A stretch of 64,000 bases of DNA from positions 1 through 64,000 of the forward strand of contig JAKFCT010000066.1 in assembly GCA_036676495.1 (NCBI GenBank), given 5' to 3'. Positions 1 through 9,453 of the stretch are shown in pieces (the first letter of the stretch is position 1; every line of letters begins with the position of its first letter). The notes under the pieces were generated by a model that was given only the letters and a program-made list of their open reading frames with translations, was not told where the DNA came from and ran no database searches. Origin of the DNA: Candidatus Sericytochromatia bacterium. GTDB lineage: Bacteria > Cyanobacteriota > Sericytochromatia > S15B-MN24 > UBA4093. The translations under genes and the position numbers were made by a program.

Positions 1-295
1 TCCCCAGGCCAATGGTAAAGAAGATGAGAGCCGTGGCCCGGGGCACGGGCCCTTCCGGTAGAGGCGTTGTTCCGGTGTGCTCGGCTGCGAGTCGTCGCGT
101 GGTCGTGATTGCGGCATGGCCTGTCGCAGCCTCACATCCCCGGTTCTCGGGCCCTCGACCCTAGGACTCTGCTTTGGGCTCCCCAGCCTCTTCCCGCCAT
201 TGTCATGGACAAGCTCAAGCGCTTCTGCGATCCTCGAGCCGTCCCCGACTCACGTGGAGGGCCATCGATCCGCAGAACGCAGCAGCGCCAGCAGC

Positions 296-563
296 TACGC
301 CAAGATCGGAAGGCCCTCGATTCCTCCCGAGCATCTCCTGCGCGCGCTCTTGTTGGCTGAACTGGCTTACCTGGGGCACGTCCTGATGGAGAACCGGAAC
401 GGCTTGATGGTGGATACCCGCCTCACGCACGCGACGGGCAAGGCGGAACGGGAGGCTGCCATGGGGATGCTCGCACGACAACCTGGTAGGGATGCGAAGG
501 CTGCTCGAGTCCCCCGCCCGCTCCTTCGACCGAAAAACGTGAGTTAATTCAGCAGCCTGTTAG
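296..563 (+). pseudogene. Internally deleted IS5/IS1182-like transposase remnant with probable right end
   Basis: Translation has YAKIGRPSIPPEHLLRALLL fused directly to LAYLGHVLMENRNGLMVDTRLTHATGKAEREAA, two segments normally far apart in these transposases; ends in TTCAGCAGCCTGTTAG (548-563), resembling such IS ends. Confidence 0.75.
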
Positions 564-590
564 TGCTTGGCGGCGGCGTTCGGCGGCGTT

Positions 591-2021
591 TCAGTCGACG
601 GCTTCCGGGCGCTTGGCGGAACGGCCCGCCGACACCAGCGCGACGAGCTCTCCCTGGCTCGGGATGGTGGTCTTCCAGCCGAGATCCTCCTGGATCCGTT
701 CGGCGAGCGTGAGGCTGGCCTCAGGCTCGCCATGGACCACGAAGGTCCGCCGGGGAGGGGCCTCGAAGCCCTTCATCCATTGCAGGAGATGGCGCTGATC
801 CGCATGCGCGGAAAATCCCTCGATCCGGGTGATGACGGCCCTGACGGGGATCTGCTGCCCGTGCAGCCAGACCTCCGACGCCCCGTCGACGATGGCGCGT
901 CCCTTGGTCCCTGCTGCCTGAAACCCGACGAAGCAGATGGTGTTTCGCTCGTCGCCGAGGCGCTGGCGCAGGTGGTGCTTGATCCGGCCGCCCGTGCACA
1001 TGCCGCTCGCCGAGAGGATGATCCCCGGTCCCGCGATGGAGTTGAGCGCGCGCGACTGCTGGGAATCCCGCACCAGGTGAAGCTTGCGGGGCGCCAGGGG
1101 CTTCACGCCGCGGCGCAGGAGGTCCATGGCTTCCCGGTCGAACTCCTCGGAGTGCGCCAGGGCGATGTCGGTCGCGTCGATCGCCATGGGGCTGTCCACG
1201 AAGACGTCGAGGGAGGGGATGCGGCCCTGATCCTCCAGCTCGCGAAGCACGTAGAGCACCTCCTGGGTGCGCCCGACCGCGAAGGCGGGGATGACGAGCA
1301 TGCCCCCGCGCTGGACCGACTCGTTCACCACCTTGGCGAGCTCCAGGGAGGGAGGGCCGTCGGGATGCAGGCGATCGCCGTAGGTCGACTCCACGATCAG
1401 GTAGTCGGCCTTGGCCATGGGCGTGGGATCCTTGAGCAAGGGAGTGCCCGGCCGCCCGAGATCCCCCGAGAAGACGAACGTCGACTTGCCCTGCGGCTCT
1501 TCCACCACGATCTCGAGGATCGAGGACCCGATGATGTGGCCGGCGGGATGGAAGGTCACGGTGATGCCCTCGGCGACCTCGCGAGGCTTGCCGTAGGGGA
1601 CGGCCCGCAACCGCTGGAGCGCTCTTTGGGCTTCGAGCATGGTGAAGAGGGGCATGGCAGGCTGGTGACGGGACCAGCCTTTCCGGTTGGCGTGCTGGGC
1701 TTCCTCTTCTTGGAGGAAGCCGGCGTCCGGGAGCAAGATGGAGAGCAAGTCTGCGGTTCCGCTGGTGCAGTAGACCTTGCGATCGAAGCCGTCCTTGATC
1801 AGCTTGGGCAAGTAGCCCGAGTGATCCAGGTGGGCGTGGCTGAGGATGACGGCGTCGAGCTGGCTGGGGGAGGCCGTGAAGCCTTGCCAGTTGAGCGCCT
1901 TGAGCTCGCGCGGGCCCTGGAAGAGGCCGCAGTCGATCAGCACCTTGGCCCAGGGGGTGGTGAGGAGGAACTTGGAGCCGGTGACGGCTCCGGCTGCTCC
2001 GAGGAATTGCAAGGTCGCCAT
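591..2021 (-). CDS. MBL-fold beta-CASP metallo-hydrolase (RNA-processing type)
   Basis: LIDCGLFQG, SHAHLDHSG, AGHIIGS, SGDLG, ESTYGDR, FSAHAD and VVHGE motifs. Confidence 0.92.
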   Translation of the reverse strand: MATLQFLGAAGAVTGSKFLLTTPWAKVLIDCGLFQGPRELKALNWQGFTASPSQLDAVILSHAHLDHSGYLPKLIKDGFDRKVYCTSGTADLLSILLPDAGFLQEEEAQHANRKGWSRHQPAMPLFTMLEAQRALQRLRAVPYGKPREVAEGITVTFHPAGHIIGSSILEIVVEEPQGKSTFVFSGDLGRPGTPLLKDPTPMAKADYLIVESTYGDRLHPDGPPSLELAKVVNESVQRGGMLVIPAFAVGRTQEVLYVLRELEDQGRIPSLDVFVDSPMAIDATDIALAHSEEFDREAMDLLRRGVKPLAPRKLHLVRDSQQSRALNSIAGPGIILSASGMCTGGRIKHHLRQRLGDERNTICFVGFQAAGTKGRAIVDGASEVWLHGQQIPVRAVITRIEGFSAHADQRHLLQWMKGFEAPPRRTFVVHGEPEASLTLAERIQEDLGWKTTIPSQGELVALVSAGRSAKRPEAVD

Positions 2022-2052
2022 GAGAACCTCCTAGACGTTGGATGCCGCGGGG

Positions 2053-2682
2053 CTAGCCGCGGGCCTCGACATGCCGCGCGTTTGGCTGGTGGAAGCAAGA
2101 GGGATGCTGGCAGTGGTGCTGGTGGTAGTAGTCGATGAGGCGCTCGACGAGGCGTTCGGGATCCGCGTCGTAGATCAGGTGGGCGCCGGAGTCTTTCCGG
2201 CAGATCGCGACGATGCCGGGAAGGGCCTCGGTGATGCCCCCAGTGCCCTCCAGGACGCCGATGAGCTTGCCTTCGTCGTAGGCGATGGCGAACTCGCCCA
2301 GGGTGCCGGAGCGCCCGCCGACGATGACGACCATGTCGCTGGAGCGGATGTTGGTGACCTCGCGGCCCATCAGGCCGGAGCCAGTGTAGACGATCACGTC
2401 CAGGTAGGCGGTCGGGGAGGCGTAGTGGTTCAGGTGCTGGTCGAGGGAAAGCGCCGGGGAGATGCCGACGGTCAGGCCGCCGGCTTCCTTGGCGCCGCGG
2501 GCGGCGTGGAAGGGGTAGCCGGGGCAGGCGCCGTTGACGAGGGTGCAGCCGTGACGGGCGATCGCCTGCCCGAGGGCATAGCTGAGGGCGACGGCCTCCG
2601 GGTCCAGGTCGGCGGCGGCGGAGCCCATCACTCCGATGGTCATGCGCGGGGCGGCGGACGGCGACAAGGGGATGTCAGGCAT
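2053..2682 (-). CDS. LOG/TIGR00725-family Rossmann-fold nucleotide-binding protein
   Basis: IGVMGS, GACPG, GGRSGTLGE motifs; His/Cys-rich C-terminus; start moved to ATG after GGAGG. Confidence 0.8.
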   Translation of the reverse strand: MPDIPLSPSAAPRMTIGVMGSAAADLDPEAVALSYALGQAIARHGCTLVNGACPGYPFHAARGAKEAGGLTVGISPALSLDQHLNHYASPTAYLDVIVYTGSGLMGREVTNIRSSDMVVIVGGRSGTLGEFAIAYDEGKLIGVLEGTGGITEALPGIVAICRKDSGAHLIYDADPERLVERLIDYYHQHHCQHPSCFHQPNARHVEARG

Positions 2683-2798
2683 GGGGACCTCCACGAACAA
2701 GGGCTGGCTTTAGCTTAGCCAGCCCCGGAGGAGGTTCAAACGGAAGAAACTACCGATAGCCGAGCGCCCGCGGCGGTTGCGAAGCGCCTGTAGCCGCT

Positions 2799-3464
2799 CT
2801 AGAGCACGAGTCCCCGGCGCTTGGCGTAGGAGACCAGGGCGGCGCGGCCCTTGATGCCGAGCTTGTCCATGATCCGCGCGCGGTGGGTCTCGACGGTCCG
2901 GACGCTGAGGACCAGCTTGTCGGCGACTTGCTGGTTGGTCATGCCCATGGCCAGCAGCTGCAGCACCTCGCGCTCGCGCTCGGTGAGATCTTCGTAGGAC
3001 TCGCTCTCCTCACCGGAATCCACCCGGTGGAGGTAGTCCTGGACCACCTGCTTGGCGAGATCCGGGCGCAGGAAGGTTTCCCCCCGGCTCACCTGGTAGA
3101 TGGCCTCGACCAGCTCGTTGTCGGCCGACTTCTTGAGCACGTAGCCCGAACCGCCGGCTTGGACGGTCCGGAAGAGCAGCTCTTCGTTCTCGTGCATGGT
3201 GAGGAAGAGGATCTTGGTGCGGGGAAGGCGGCGCTTCAGCTCGGTGGTCGCCTCGATGCCGTTCATCTCGGGCATGGTGATGTCCATGATCACCACGTCG
3301 GGCTTGAGCTCCTCGGCCTTGGTGAGGGCTTCGCGGCCGTTGGTCGCTTCTCCCACCACTTCGAGGTTGGGGACGGCGGAAAGCATCAGGCGCAGGCCCG
3401 TCCGGAGGATGGCATGATCGTCCGCCAACATGATGCGGACGGGCTGCGTGAACTCGAAGGACAT
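2799..3464 (-). CDS. NarL/NreC-family response regulator (REC + LuxR HTH)
   Basis: ADDH...DVVIMDITMP receiver; LTEREREVL...SVRTVETHRARIM HTH; AGGAG RBS before ATG at 3464. Confidence 0.93.
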   Translation of the reverse strand: MSFEFTQPVRIMLADDHAILRTGLRLMLSAVPNLEVVGEATNGREALTKAEELKPDVVIMDITMPEMNGIEATTELKRRLPRTKILFLTMHENEELLFRTVQAGGSGYVLKKSADNELVEAIYQVSRGETFLRPDLAKQVVQDYLHRVDSGEESESYEDLTEREREVLQLLAMGMTNQQVADKLVLSVRTVETHRARIMDKLGIKGRAALVSYAKRRGLVL

Positions 3465-3546
3465 CGGGAAACAGGCTCCTTTCAAGGGGCATCCGCGCCT
3501 GCAGCGGTTTCGAGAGGCAGCGGAGCTGTCCGGCGGAACCCGCTCG

Positions 3547-4251
3547 TTAGCGTAGCGGCAGGCTGAGGTGGATACTGACTCCTCTGCCGGGAGCCGTTTC
3601 GATGCGGCAGGCACCGCCCAAGAAGGCGGCGCGCTCCTGCATGCCCCAGATCCCCACGGGAGCGCCTTGCGGCCCTTCTTCCAAGAGTCGGGGATCCATT
3701 CCGATCCCGTTATCCTCTATTCTAACCGCCAATTCTCCGGCTGCAAAGGTCATGGCCACCGTGACCTGGGTGGCGCGGGAGTACTTCCCGGCATTGATCA
3801 GGGCCTCCTGGACGATCCGGAAGACCGTGATCTCGCTCATGGGATCCAGGCGAATCTCGTCGCCTTGGGCCGAGAAGAAGACCTCGATTTGCTGCCGGAC
3901 TCCGAAGTCCCGCGCGTAGGAGCGCAGCGTCGAGACCAGCCCGAGATCCTCCAACAGGGACGGGCGCAGGTTGACCGAGATCTGCCGCAGGGTCTCCAGG
4001 GTTTCCCAGACCTGGCTCTTCAGCTCGGGCAGGAAACGGTTCACCTCGTCGAGGGTCATGGCGCCCTCGAGCATCTTGATGCCGAAGAGCAGCGAGGTGA
4101 GCATCTGGCCCGCGCCCTCGTGAAGTTCGCGGGCCACCTGCCGGCGCTCGTCCTCTTGCAGGACCATGAAGCGGCGAAGCAGCTGCCGGTGACGCTCCTC
4201 CGCGCTGGGGCTCGGAGCCTCGACTTTCTTGGGTTCCACGGGCTGCTGCAT
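3547..4251 (-). CDS. HisKA_3-type histidine kinase lacking a sensor domain
   Basis: ERRQVARELHE H-box, LRPSLLEDLGL, QEALINAGKY, IEDNGIG, GIWGMQER; GAGGAG RBS. Confidence 0.9.
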   Translation of the reverse strand: MQQPVEPKKVEAPSPSAEERHRQLLRRFMVLQEDERRQVARELHEGAGQMLTSLLFGIKMLEGAMTLDEVNRFLPELKSQVWETLETLRQISVNLRPSLLEDLGLVSTLRSYARDFGVRQQIEVFFSAQGDEIRLDPMSEITVFRIVQEALINAGKYSRATQVTVAMTFAAGELAVRIEDNGIGMDPRLLEEGPQGAPVGIWGMQERAAFLGGACRIETAPGRGVSIHLSLPLR

Positions 4252-4262
4252 CGCTACTCCTC

Positions 4263-4742
4263 TTAGGCCTTCGCCGCCTGCGCGGAAGCGTCGGTTGCCT
4301 GCGAGACCGCCGCCGGTTGCTTGGCAACCAGGACGGAGCACGGCGCATGGCTGGCCACCTGGCTCGACACGGACCCCAGCAGGAACCGGGTCAGCCCGGT
4401 CCGGCCATGAGAGCCCACCACGATGAGGTCGACCCCTTCGTGCTCCGCCACTTCCAGAATGGTATCAGAGATCCCCCCCAGCCGGTGCAGCGTCCGCGCC
4501 GAGAGTCCCCGCGCATGCAGTTGCGCCGCGGCTTCTTCGAGGATTTCCAGGGCCTGAGCCTTGGTCGGCACCTCCCAGGTGGAATCGGGCATGTAAGCGA
4601 CCGCGGCGTAGGAGCCCATGTTGATCACGCTCGACACGGTCAAAAGAAGGATCTCGCCGCCCCGGGCCTCCGCGATGTCCGCGGCCTGTTCCACCGCGAG
4701 TCGCGAGAACCCCGAGCCGTCGATGGCAACAAGAATCTTCAT
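4263..4742 (-). CDS. Universal stress protein
   Basis: KILVAIDGS N-terminus and DLIVVGSHGRTGLTRFLLGSVS motif. Confidence 0.95.
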   Translation of the reverse strand: MKILVAIDGSGFSRLAVEQAADIAEARGGEILLLTVSSVINMGSYAAVAYMPDSTWEVPTKAQALEILEEAAAQLHARGLSARTLHRLGGISDTILEVAEHEGVDLIVVGSHGRTGLTRFLLGSVSSQVASHAPCSVLVAKQPAAVSQATDASAQAAKA

Positions 4743-4960
4743 ACGGCACCTCCTTTTCTGGTCCCATGCTCACAAAACCCGACGCAAACGTCATCCGGTG
4801 AAACTACCCGATTCCCCCGTAGCCCGTCGTACACCTGTTTTCACCCCCGTTTCCCGGCCGACCGGCCTCCCGTCCCGCGAACGGGTAGGAATTGCGGTTC
4901 CCTCCGATCGCCCCTTGCGTCACCATGGATCTCATGCAATCGCTTCCCCGAGGAGTCGCC

Positions 4961-7666
4961 ATGAACCCCGTGCAGACGCGCCCGCCGGACTGGCATACCC
5001 GCAGCCTCGACGACCTGGCGGCCGATACCGGCGCGGATCTGCGCGCGGGCCTGACCCCCGCCGAAGCCGCCGCGCGCCTGAAGGCCCTTGGCCCCAATCT
5101 CCTCACCCCCCCGCGGCGCAGCGGGCCCCTCCGGCGCTTCCTGGCCCAGCTCAATCAGCCTCTGGTCTTGATCTTGCTGGCGTCGGGAGGCATCACGCTC
5201 GCGCTGCGGGAGTGGGTGGACGCGGGCGTCATCCTCGGAGTCGTGCTCCTCAATGCCGTCTTCGGCTTCGTGCAGGAGGCCAAGGCCGAGAAGGCCATCG
5301 AGGGCCTCGCGACCCTCACCCGCACGCGCGCCCTGGTCATGCGCGCGGGAAGCGCCATGAGCGTGCCCTCGGAGGACCTGGTGCCGGGGGATCTCGTGAT
5401 CCTGCAAGCGGGCGATCGCGTCCCCGCCGATCTGCGCCTGGTCCAGGCCAGCGAGCTCGCCATCGATGAATCCACCCTGACGGGTGAGTCCTTGCCGGCC
5501 TCCAAGCTCTCCAAGCCGCTTCCCGCCGCCACCGGGCTCGCCGATCGCCTCAACATGGCCTTCGCGGGCACCCTGGTCACCGCGGGGCAAGGCGTCGGCG
5601 TGGTGGTGGCCACCGGCGACCGTACCGAGACCGGCGGGCTCTCCCGCCTGGTCGCCGAGGCCCGAAGCCAGGAGACGCCGCTGACCCGAAAGGTCGCTGA
5701 ACTTAGCAACCGCCTGCTCTATGTGATCCTGGCGCTCGCCGCCGTGGCCTTCGCGGTGGGCCTGTCCCGCGGACAGCCGGTCTTCGAGGTCTTCATGGCG
5801 GCCGTCGCGCTCGCTGTCGGGGCGATCCCCGAAGGCCTGCCCGCTGCCTTCACCGTCACCCTGGCCATCGGAGTCTCCCGCATGGCGCGCCGTAAGGCCA
5901 TCATCCGCCGCCTCGCCGCCGTCGAGACCCTGGGCAGCACCACCGTGATCTGCTCCGACAAGACCGGCACCCTGACCGAGAACCAGATGACCGTGCAGGA
6001 GGTCTGGGCCGGGGGCGTCTCCTACCCCGTGACGGGCCTCGGCTACGTGCCGGAAGGAGAGGTCGTGCGCGAGGGAGCCTCTCCCGAGGGAGCGCCTCCC
6101 GAGCCGCTCGTCGAGTGCTTGAAGGCCGGCTTGCTCTGTAACGACGCCTGGCTGGTTTCGGAGCAGGGGCGCGTCACCGTCCAGGGGGATCCCACCGAGG
6201 GAGCGCTGGTCACCTCCGCGGCCAAGCTGGGGCTTACCGTGGCCCTCCGCGAGGAGTGCCCCCGCCTGGAGACCCTACCTTTCGACTCCCGGCGCCCCTT
6301 CATGGCGACCCGCCATGCCGACGGCAGCATCTACCTCAAGGGAGCCTCCGAGGAGATCCTCGCGCGCTGCGCGCATGCCCTCATGGAAGCCGGCCTGGAG
6401 CCTCTGGACCTCGCGGCGGTGCAGCGCCAGATCGACGCCCTGGCCTCACGAGGCTACCGCTTGCTGGCCTTCGCCCGGACATCGGGGGAAAGCCTCGACG
6501 CTCTTTCGGGCGGGCTGGTCTTTCTCGGGCTGCAGGCCATGCGCGATCCGCCGCGCGCCGAGGCGATCGCCGCCCTGGAAGCCTGCCACCGGGCCGGCGT
6601 GCAGGTCAAGATGATCACCGGCGACCATGCCGCCACCGCCAAGGCGATCGCCCGCCAGATCGGCCTGAGCGGCAATCGTCCCCTCCGGGTCGTCACCGGC
6701 GCCGAGCTTGACGGCCTTCCCGAGGAGGCCTGGGGACTGGTGGCCGAGGAGACCTCCGTTTTCGCCCGGGTCGCCCCTCACCAGAAGCTGCGCCTGGTGG
6801 ACGCCCTACAAAAGAACGGCCATGTGGTGGCCATGACCGGCGACGGCGTCAACGACGCTCCGGCCCTGAAGCAGGCCGACATCGGGATCGCCATGGGCAT
6901 CACCGGCACCGAGGTGGCCAAGGAGGCCGCCGACGCCCTGCTCACCGACGATAACTTCGCGACCCTCCAGGCGGCAGTCGAGGAGGGGCGGGTCGTCTAC
7001 GAGAACCTCACGAAGTTCATCGCCTGGACGCTTCCCACCAACCTGGGAGAGGGGCTCGTCATCCTGGCGGCCGTGCTCGCGGGCGTCACCCTGCCTATCC
7101 TGCCCGTCCAGATCCTCTGGGTGAACATGACCACGGCCGTCCTGCTGGGCCTCATGCTGGCCTTCGAGCCGCGCGAAGCGGGAACCATGGACCGGGCGCC
7201 GCGCGACCCGCGCGCGCCCTTGCTGACTTTCGACCTGATCGGCATGATTCTCGTCGTCGGGGTCGTGATCCTGGCGGGAGCCTTCGGCCTCTTCGCCTGG
7301 GAGACGCAGCGGGGAGCGGCGCTGGCCGAGGCCCGCACGGTCGCCGTCAACGTGCTGGTCACGGTCCAGCTCTTCTACCTCTTCAACTGCCGCTCGCTCA
7401 GGCATCCGACCCATCGGATCGGCCTCTTCAGCAACCGCTGGGTCAATTCGGGGGCGATCGCCATGATCGCCCTGCAACTCGCCTTCACCTACCTTCCCGT
7501 CATGAACCGCCTCTTCCAGAGCGCCCCGATCTCCATGGCGGCCTGGGGCCGGATCCTCGTGATCGGGCTGGCCGCTTACCTGCTCATCGAGGGGCTCAAG
7601 GCCCTGCGAGGATCGTCCTGGCATGAGGCGGCTCATGGTCAAATGCCCTCCGATCTGAGACCATGA
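4961..7666 (+). CDS. P-type IIA cation (Ca2+-type) transporting ATPase
   Basis: LTGES, AIPEGLP, CSDKTGTLT, MITGDH, MTGDGVNDAPAL; AGGAG RBS before 4961. Confidence 0.93.
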   Translation: MNPVQTRPPDWHTRSLDDLAADTGADLRAGLTPAEAAARLKALGPNLLTPPRRSGPLRRFLAQLNQPLVLILLASGGITLALREWVDAGVILGVVLLNAVFGFVQEAKAEKAIEGLATLTRTRALVMRAGSAMSVPSEDLVPGDLVILQAGDRVPADLRLVQASELAIDESTLTGESLPASKLSKPLPAATGLADRLNMAFAGTLVTAGQGVGVVVATGDRTETGGLSRLVAEARSQETPLTRKVAELSNRLLYVILALAAVAFAVGLSRGQPVFEVFMAAVALAVGAIPEGLPAAFTVTLAIGVSRMARRKAIIRRLAAVETLGSTTVICSDKTGTLTENQMTVQEVWAGGVSYPVTGLGYVPEGEVVREGASPEGAPPEPLVECLKAGLLCNDAWLVSEQGRVTVQGDPTEGALVTSAAKLGLTVALREECPRLETLPFDSRRPFMATRHADGSIYLKGASEEILARCAHALMEAGLEPLDLAAVQRQIDALASRGYRLLAFARTSGESLDALSGGLVFLGLQAMRDPPRAEAIAALEACHRAGVQVKMITGDHAATAKAIARQIGLSGNRPLRVVTGAELDGLPEEAWGLVAEETSVFARVAPHQKLRLVDALQKNGHVVAMTGDGVNDAPALKQADIGIAMGITGTEVAKEAADALLTDDNFATLQAAVEEGRVVYENLTKFIAWTLPTNLGEGLVILAAVLAGVTLPILPVQILWVNMTTAVLLGLMLAFEPREAGTMDRAPRDPRAPLLTFDLIGMILVVGVVILAGAFGLFAWETQRGAALAEARTVAVNVLVTVQLFYLFNCRSLRHPTHRIGLFSNRWVNSGAIAMIALQLAFTYLPVMNRLFQSAPISMAAWGRILVIGLAAYLLIEGLKALRGSSWHEAAHGQMPSDLRP

Positions 7667-7695
7667 CCCTAGAGGCTGAAAGGAGACGAACGCCG

Positions 7696-8226
7696 ATGAT
7701 CGATTTGATGGGCCCCGCCCCCGCCTTCGACACCCCCCTCGCGATGATGGAAGCCTGCCACCGCCGCATCGAGCGCCGGCTGGATCAGCTCATGCACATC
7801 GCCGACCGCCTCTCGGAGCCCGATACCGCACGCCATGCGGAGGCGCTCCGGGTGCTGGAGGAGGTTCGCCGCCACTTCGCCACGGCGGGCGTTCACCATA
7901 CCGCGGACGAGGAGGAAACCCTCTTCCCCATGCTGAAGGCCCTTCCGGATTCCGGCCTCGACGCCCTCCTGGAGGTGCTGGAATCGGATCACCGGGTGAT
8001 CGACGCCATGCACGTCGAGCTGGATGCCCTCTGCGACAAGCTTCAGCAGGAAGTCTCCCCGGAGGACATCGACGCCCTGCGCGCCTTGGCCTCGGATCTC
8101 AAGGTCCATTACGACCGGCATATCCACCAGGAGGATGCGCAGATCATGCCCAAGGCCGCCGTGCTGCTGAAGCCCGAGCAGCTGGCGACGCTCGGGGCCG
8201 AGATGCGCCGCCGCCGGGGCGTCTGA
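7696..8226 (+). CDS. Hemerythrin-like domain protein
   Basis: CHRRI, HHTADEEETLFP, DHRVI, HIHQED di-iron ligand pattern. Confidence 0.88.
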   Translation: MIDLMGPAPAFDTPLAMMEACHRRIERRLDQLMHIADRLSEPDTARHAEALRVLEEVRRHFATAGVHHTADEEETLFPMLKALPDSGLDALLEVLESDHRVIDAMHVELDALCDKLQQEVSPEDIDALRALASDLKVHYDRHIHQEDAQIMPKAAVLLKPEQLATLGAEMRRRRGV

Positions 8227-8270
8227 TCCCAGCGACGCCCCGTCATTACTGGGTTCAAACCCTCTCTTCC

Positions 8271-8312
8271 CTGAGCTAGATCAGTTTCAAGGCTTCCCAA
8301 AAGATTTAACCT
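8271..8312 (+). promoter_or_regulatory. Crp/Fnr-type box (motif A) plus -10 upstream of EAL-MCP genes
   Basis: CTGAG-CTAG-ATCAG at 8271-8284; TAACCT at 8307-8312 (box centre at -41.5). Confidence 0.7.
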
Positions 8313-8353
8313 GGCTAAGGAATTCGACGCCGTCACGACGAAGGACTTGCCAC

Positions 8354-9442
8354 ATGGGAAGCTGCGAACAGTTTGGAATCCACTGCACGGGCTGTGCCTC
8401 GTTGCCTCGGCTGAGCCCCGCGGGGGGGCGGCTGTACCTGTTTCTGCCCACCGAGTTCGCCGCCGCCAAGGTCTGGGACGGCTTCGCGGAGGTTCCGCTG
8501 GCCGGAAATCGCCATCTTCACCTCGAGGTCGCCCCCGGCGGCCTCGAGGCCGTGTTGAAGCGTCTTGGCGCCCTCTTGAGCCGTACCGAGCGCGAGCAGG
8601 TGCGCACCCTCTTCAAGGAGACCCCCGGAGAGCCGGGAATCGCCGACTTGGCAAGCGTGACCTCGCTTGCCGAGCTGATCGCCCGTAGCGAGGGCGACTG
8701 GCTGCTCGCGCTCATGCAGGCGGGGCGCATGACCAGCTACTTCCAGCCGATCGTCGAGGCGGCGGATCCCGCGCGGATCTTCGCCCAGGAGGCCCTGCTG
8801 CGGGGGCGGGACGAGGCGGGAGACCTCGTGCCGCCGATCCGGATGTTCGACGCCGCCCGAGACGCCGGCCTGCTGGTGCAACTGGATCAGCGGGCCCGCT
8901 TCACCGCGGTCACGGAGGCCGCGCGGGCCCGCCTCCAGCAGACGCTCTTCATGAACCTCAACCCGGCCGCCATCAACGACCCGGCGTCTTGCTTGCAGGC
9001 GACCTTGCGCCAGATCGACGCCTTCGGCTTGTCGCGCGACCGGGTCGTCTTCGAGATCGTCGAGACCGACCGCGCCCGTCGCCCGGAGGACCTCGCGGCC
9101 CTGCGCGACTACTGCCGCCGCGAGGGCGTGCGGATCGCCCTGGACGACTTCGGGGCGGGCTACGCCTCGGTCACGCTCCTCCACCTCCTGCGCCCCGACT
9201 TCGTGAAGCTCGACCGCGAGCTGGTGCACGACATCCACGCGGATCCCTACAAGGCGTCGATCGTCGAGCGCCTGCTCGATCTCTGCCGCTCCCTGGGGAT
9301 TCGCAGCGTGGCCGAGGGCATCGAGCTCGAGGCCGAGCTCACCTGGTTCCGCGCGCACGGGGCCGACCTGGCTCAGGGCTTCCTCTTCGCCAGGCCGGCG
9401 CCGCTCCCGACGCCCACCCCGGCCTCCCACTCGCTCGCCTGA
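8354..9442 (+). CDS. EAL-domain c-di-GMP phosphodiesterase with Cys-rich N-terminus
   Basis: [35 protein letters not shown] all intact. Confidence 0.92.
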   Translation: MGSCEQFGIHCTGCASLPRLSPAGGRLYLFLPTEFAAAKVWDGFAEVPLAGNRHLHLEVAPGGLEAVLKRLGALLSRTEREQVRTLFKETPGEPGIADLASVTSLAELIARSEGDWLLALMQAGRMTSYFQPIVEAADPARIFAQEALLRGRDEAGDLVPPIRMFDAARDAGLLVQLDQRARFTAVTEAARARLQQTLFMNLNPAAINDPASCLQATLRQIDAFGLSRDRVVFEIVETDRARRPEDLAALRDYCRREGVRIALDDFGAGYASVTLLHLLRPDFVKLDRELVHDIHADPYKASIVERLLDLCRSLGIRSVAEGIELEAELTWFRAHGADLAQGFLFARPAPLPTPTPASHSLA

Positions 9443-9453
9443 AAGGGGATCAA

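Noticed and set aside
567-2138. Long antisense or alternate-frame ORFs (also 11207-13534, 24367-26811, 43074-44939, 49025-50890, 51180-52766, 57298-59142, 59205-61046)
   Set aside because: Shadows of real genes caused by high-GC codon bias; no motifs
8989-9453. N-terminal extension of the MCP ORF (similarly 26973-27548, 44952-45323)
   Set aside because: Overlaps the upstream gene; better RBS-ATG downstream
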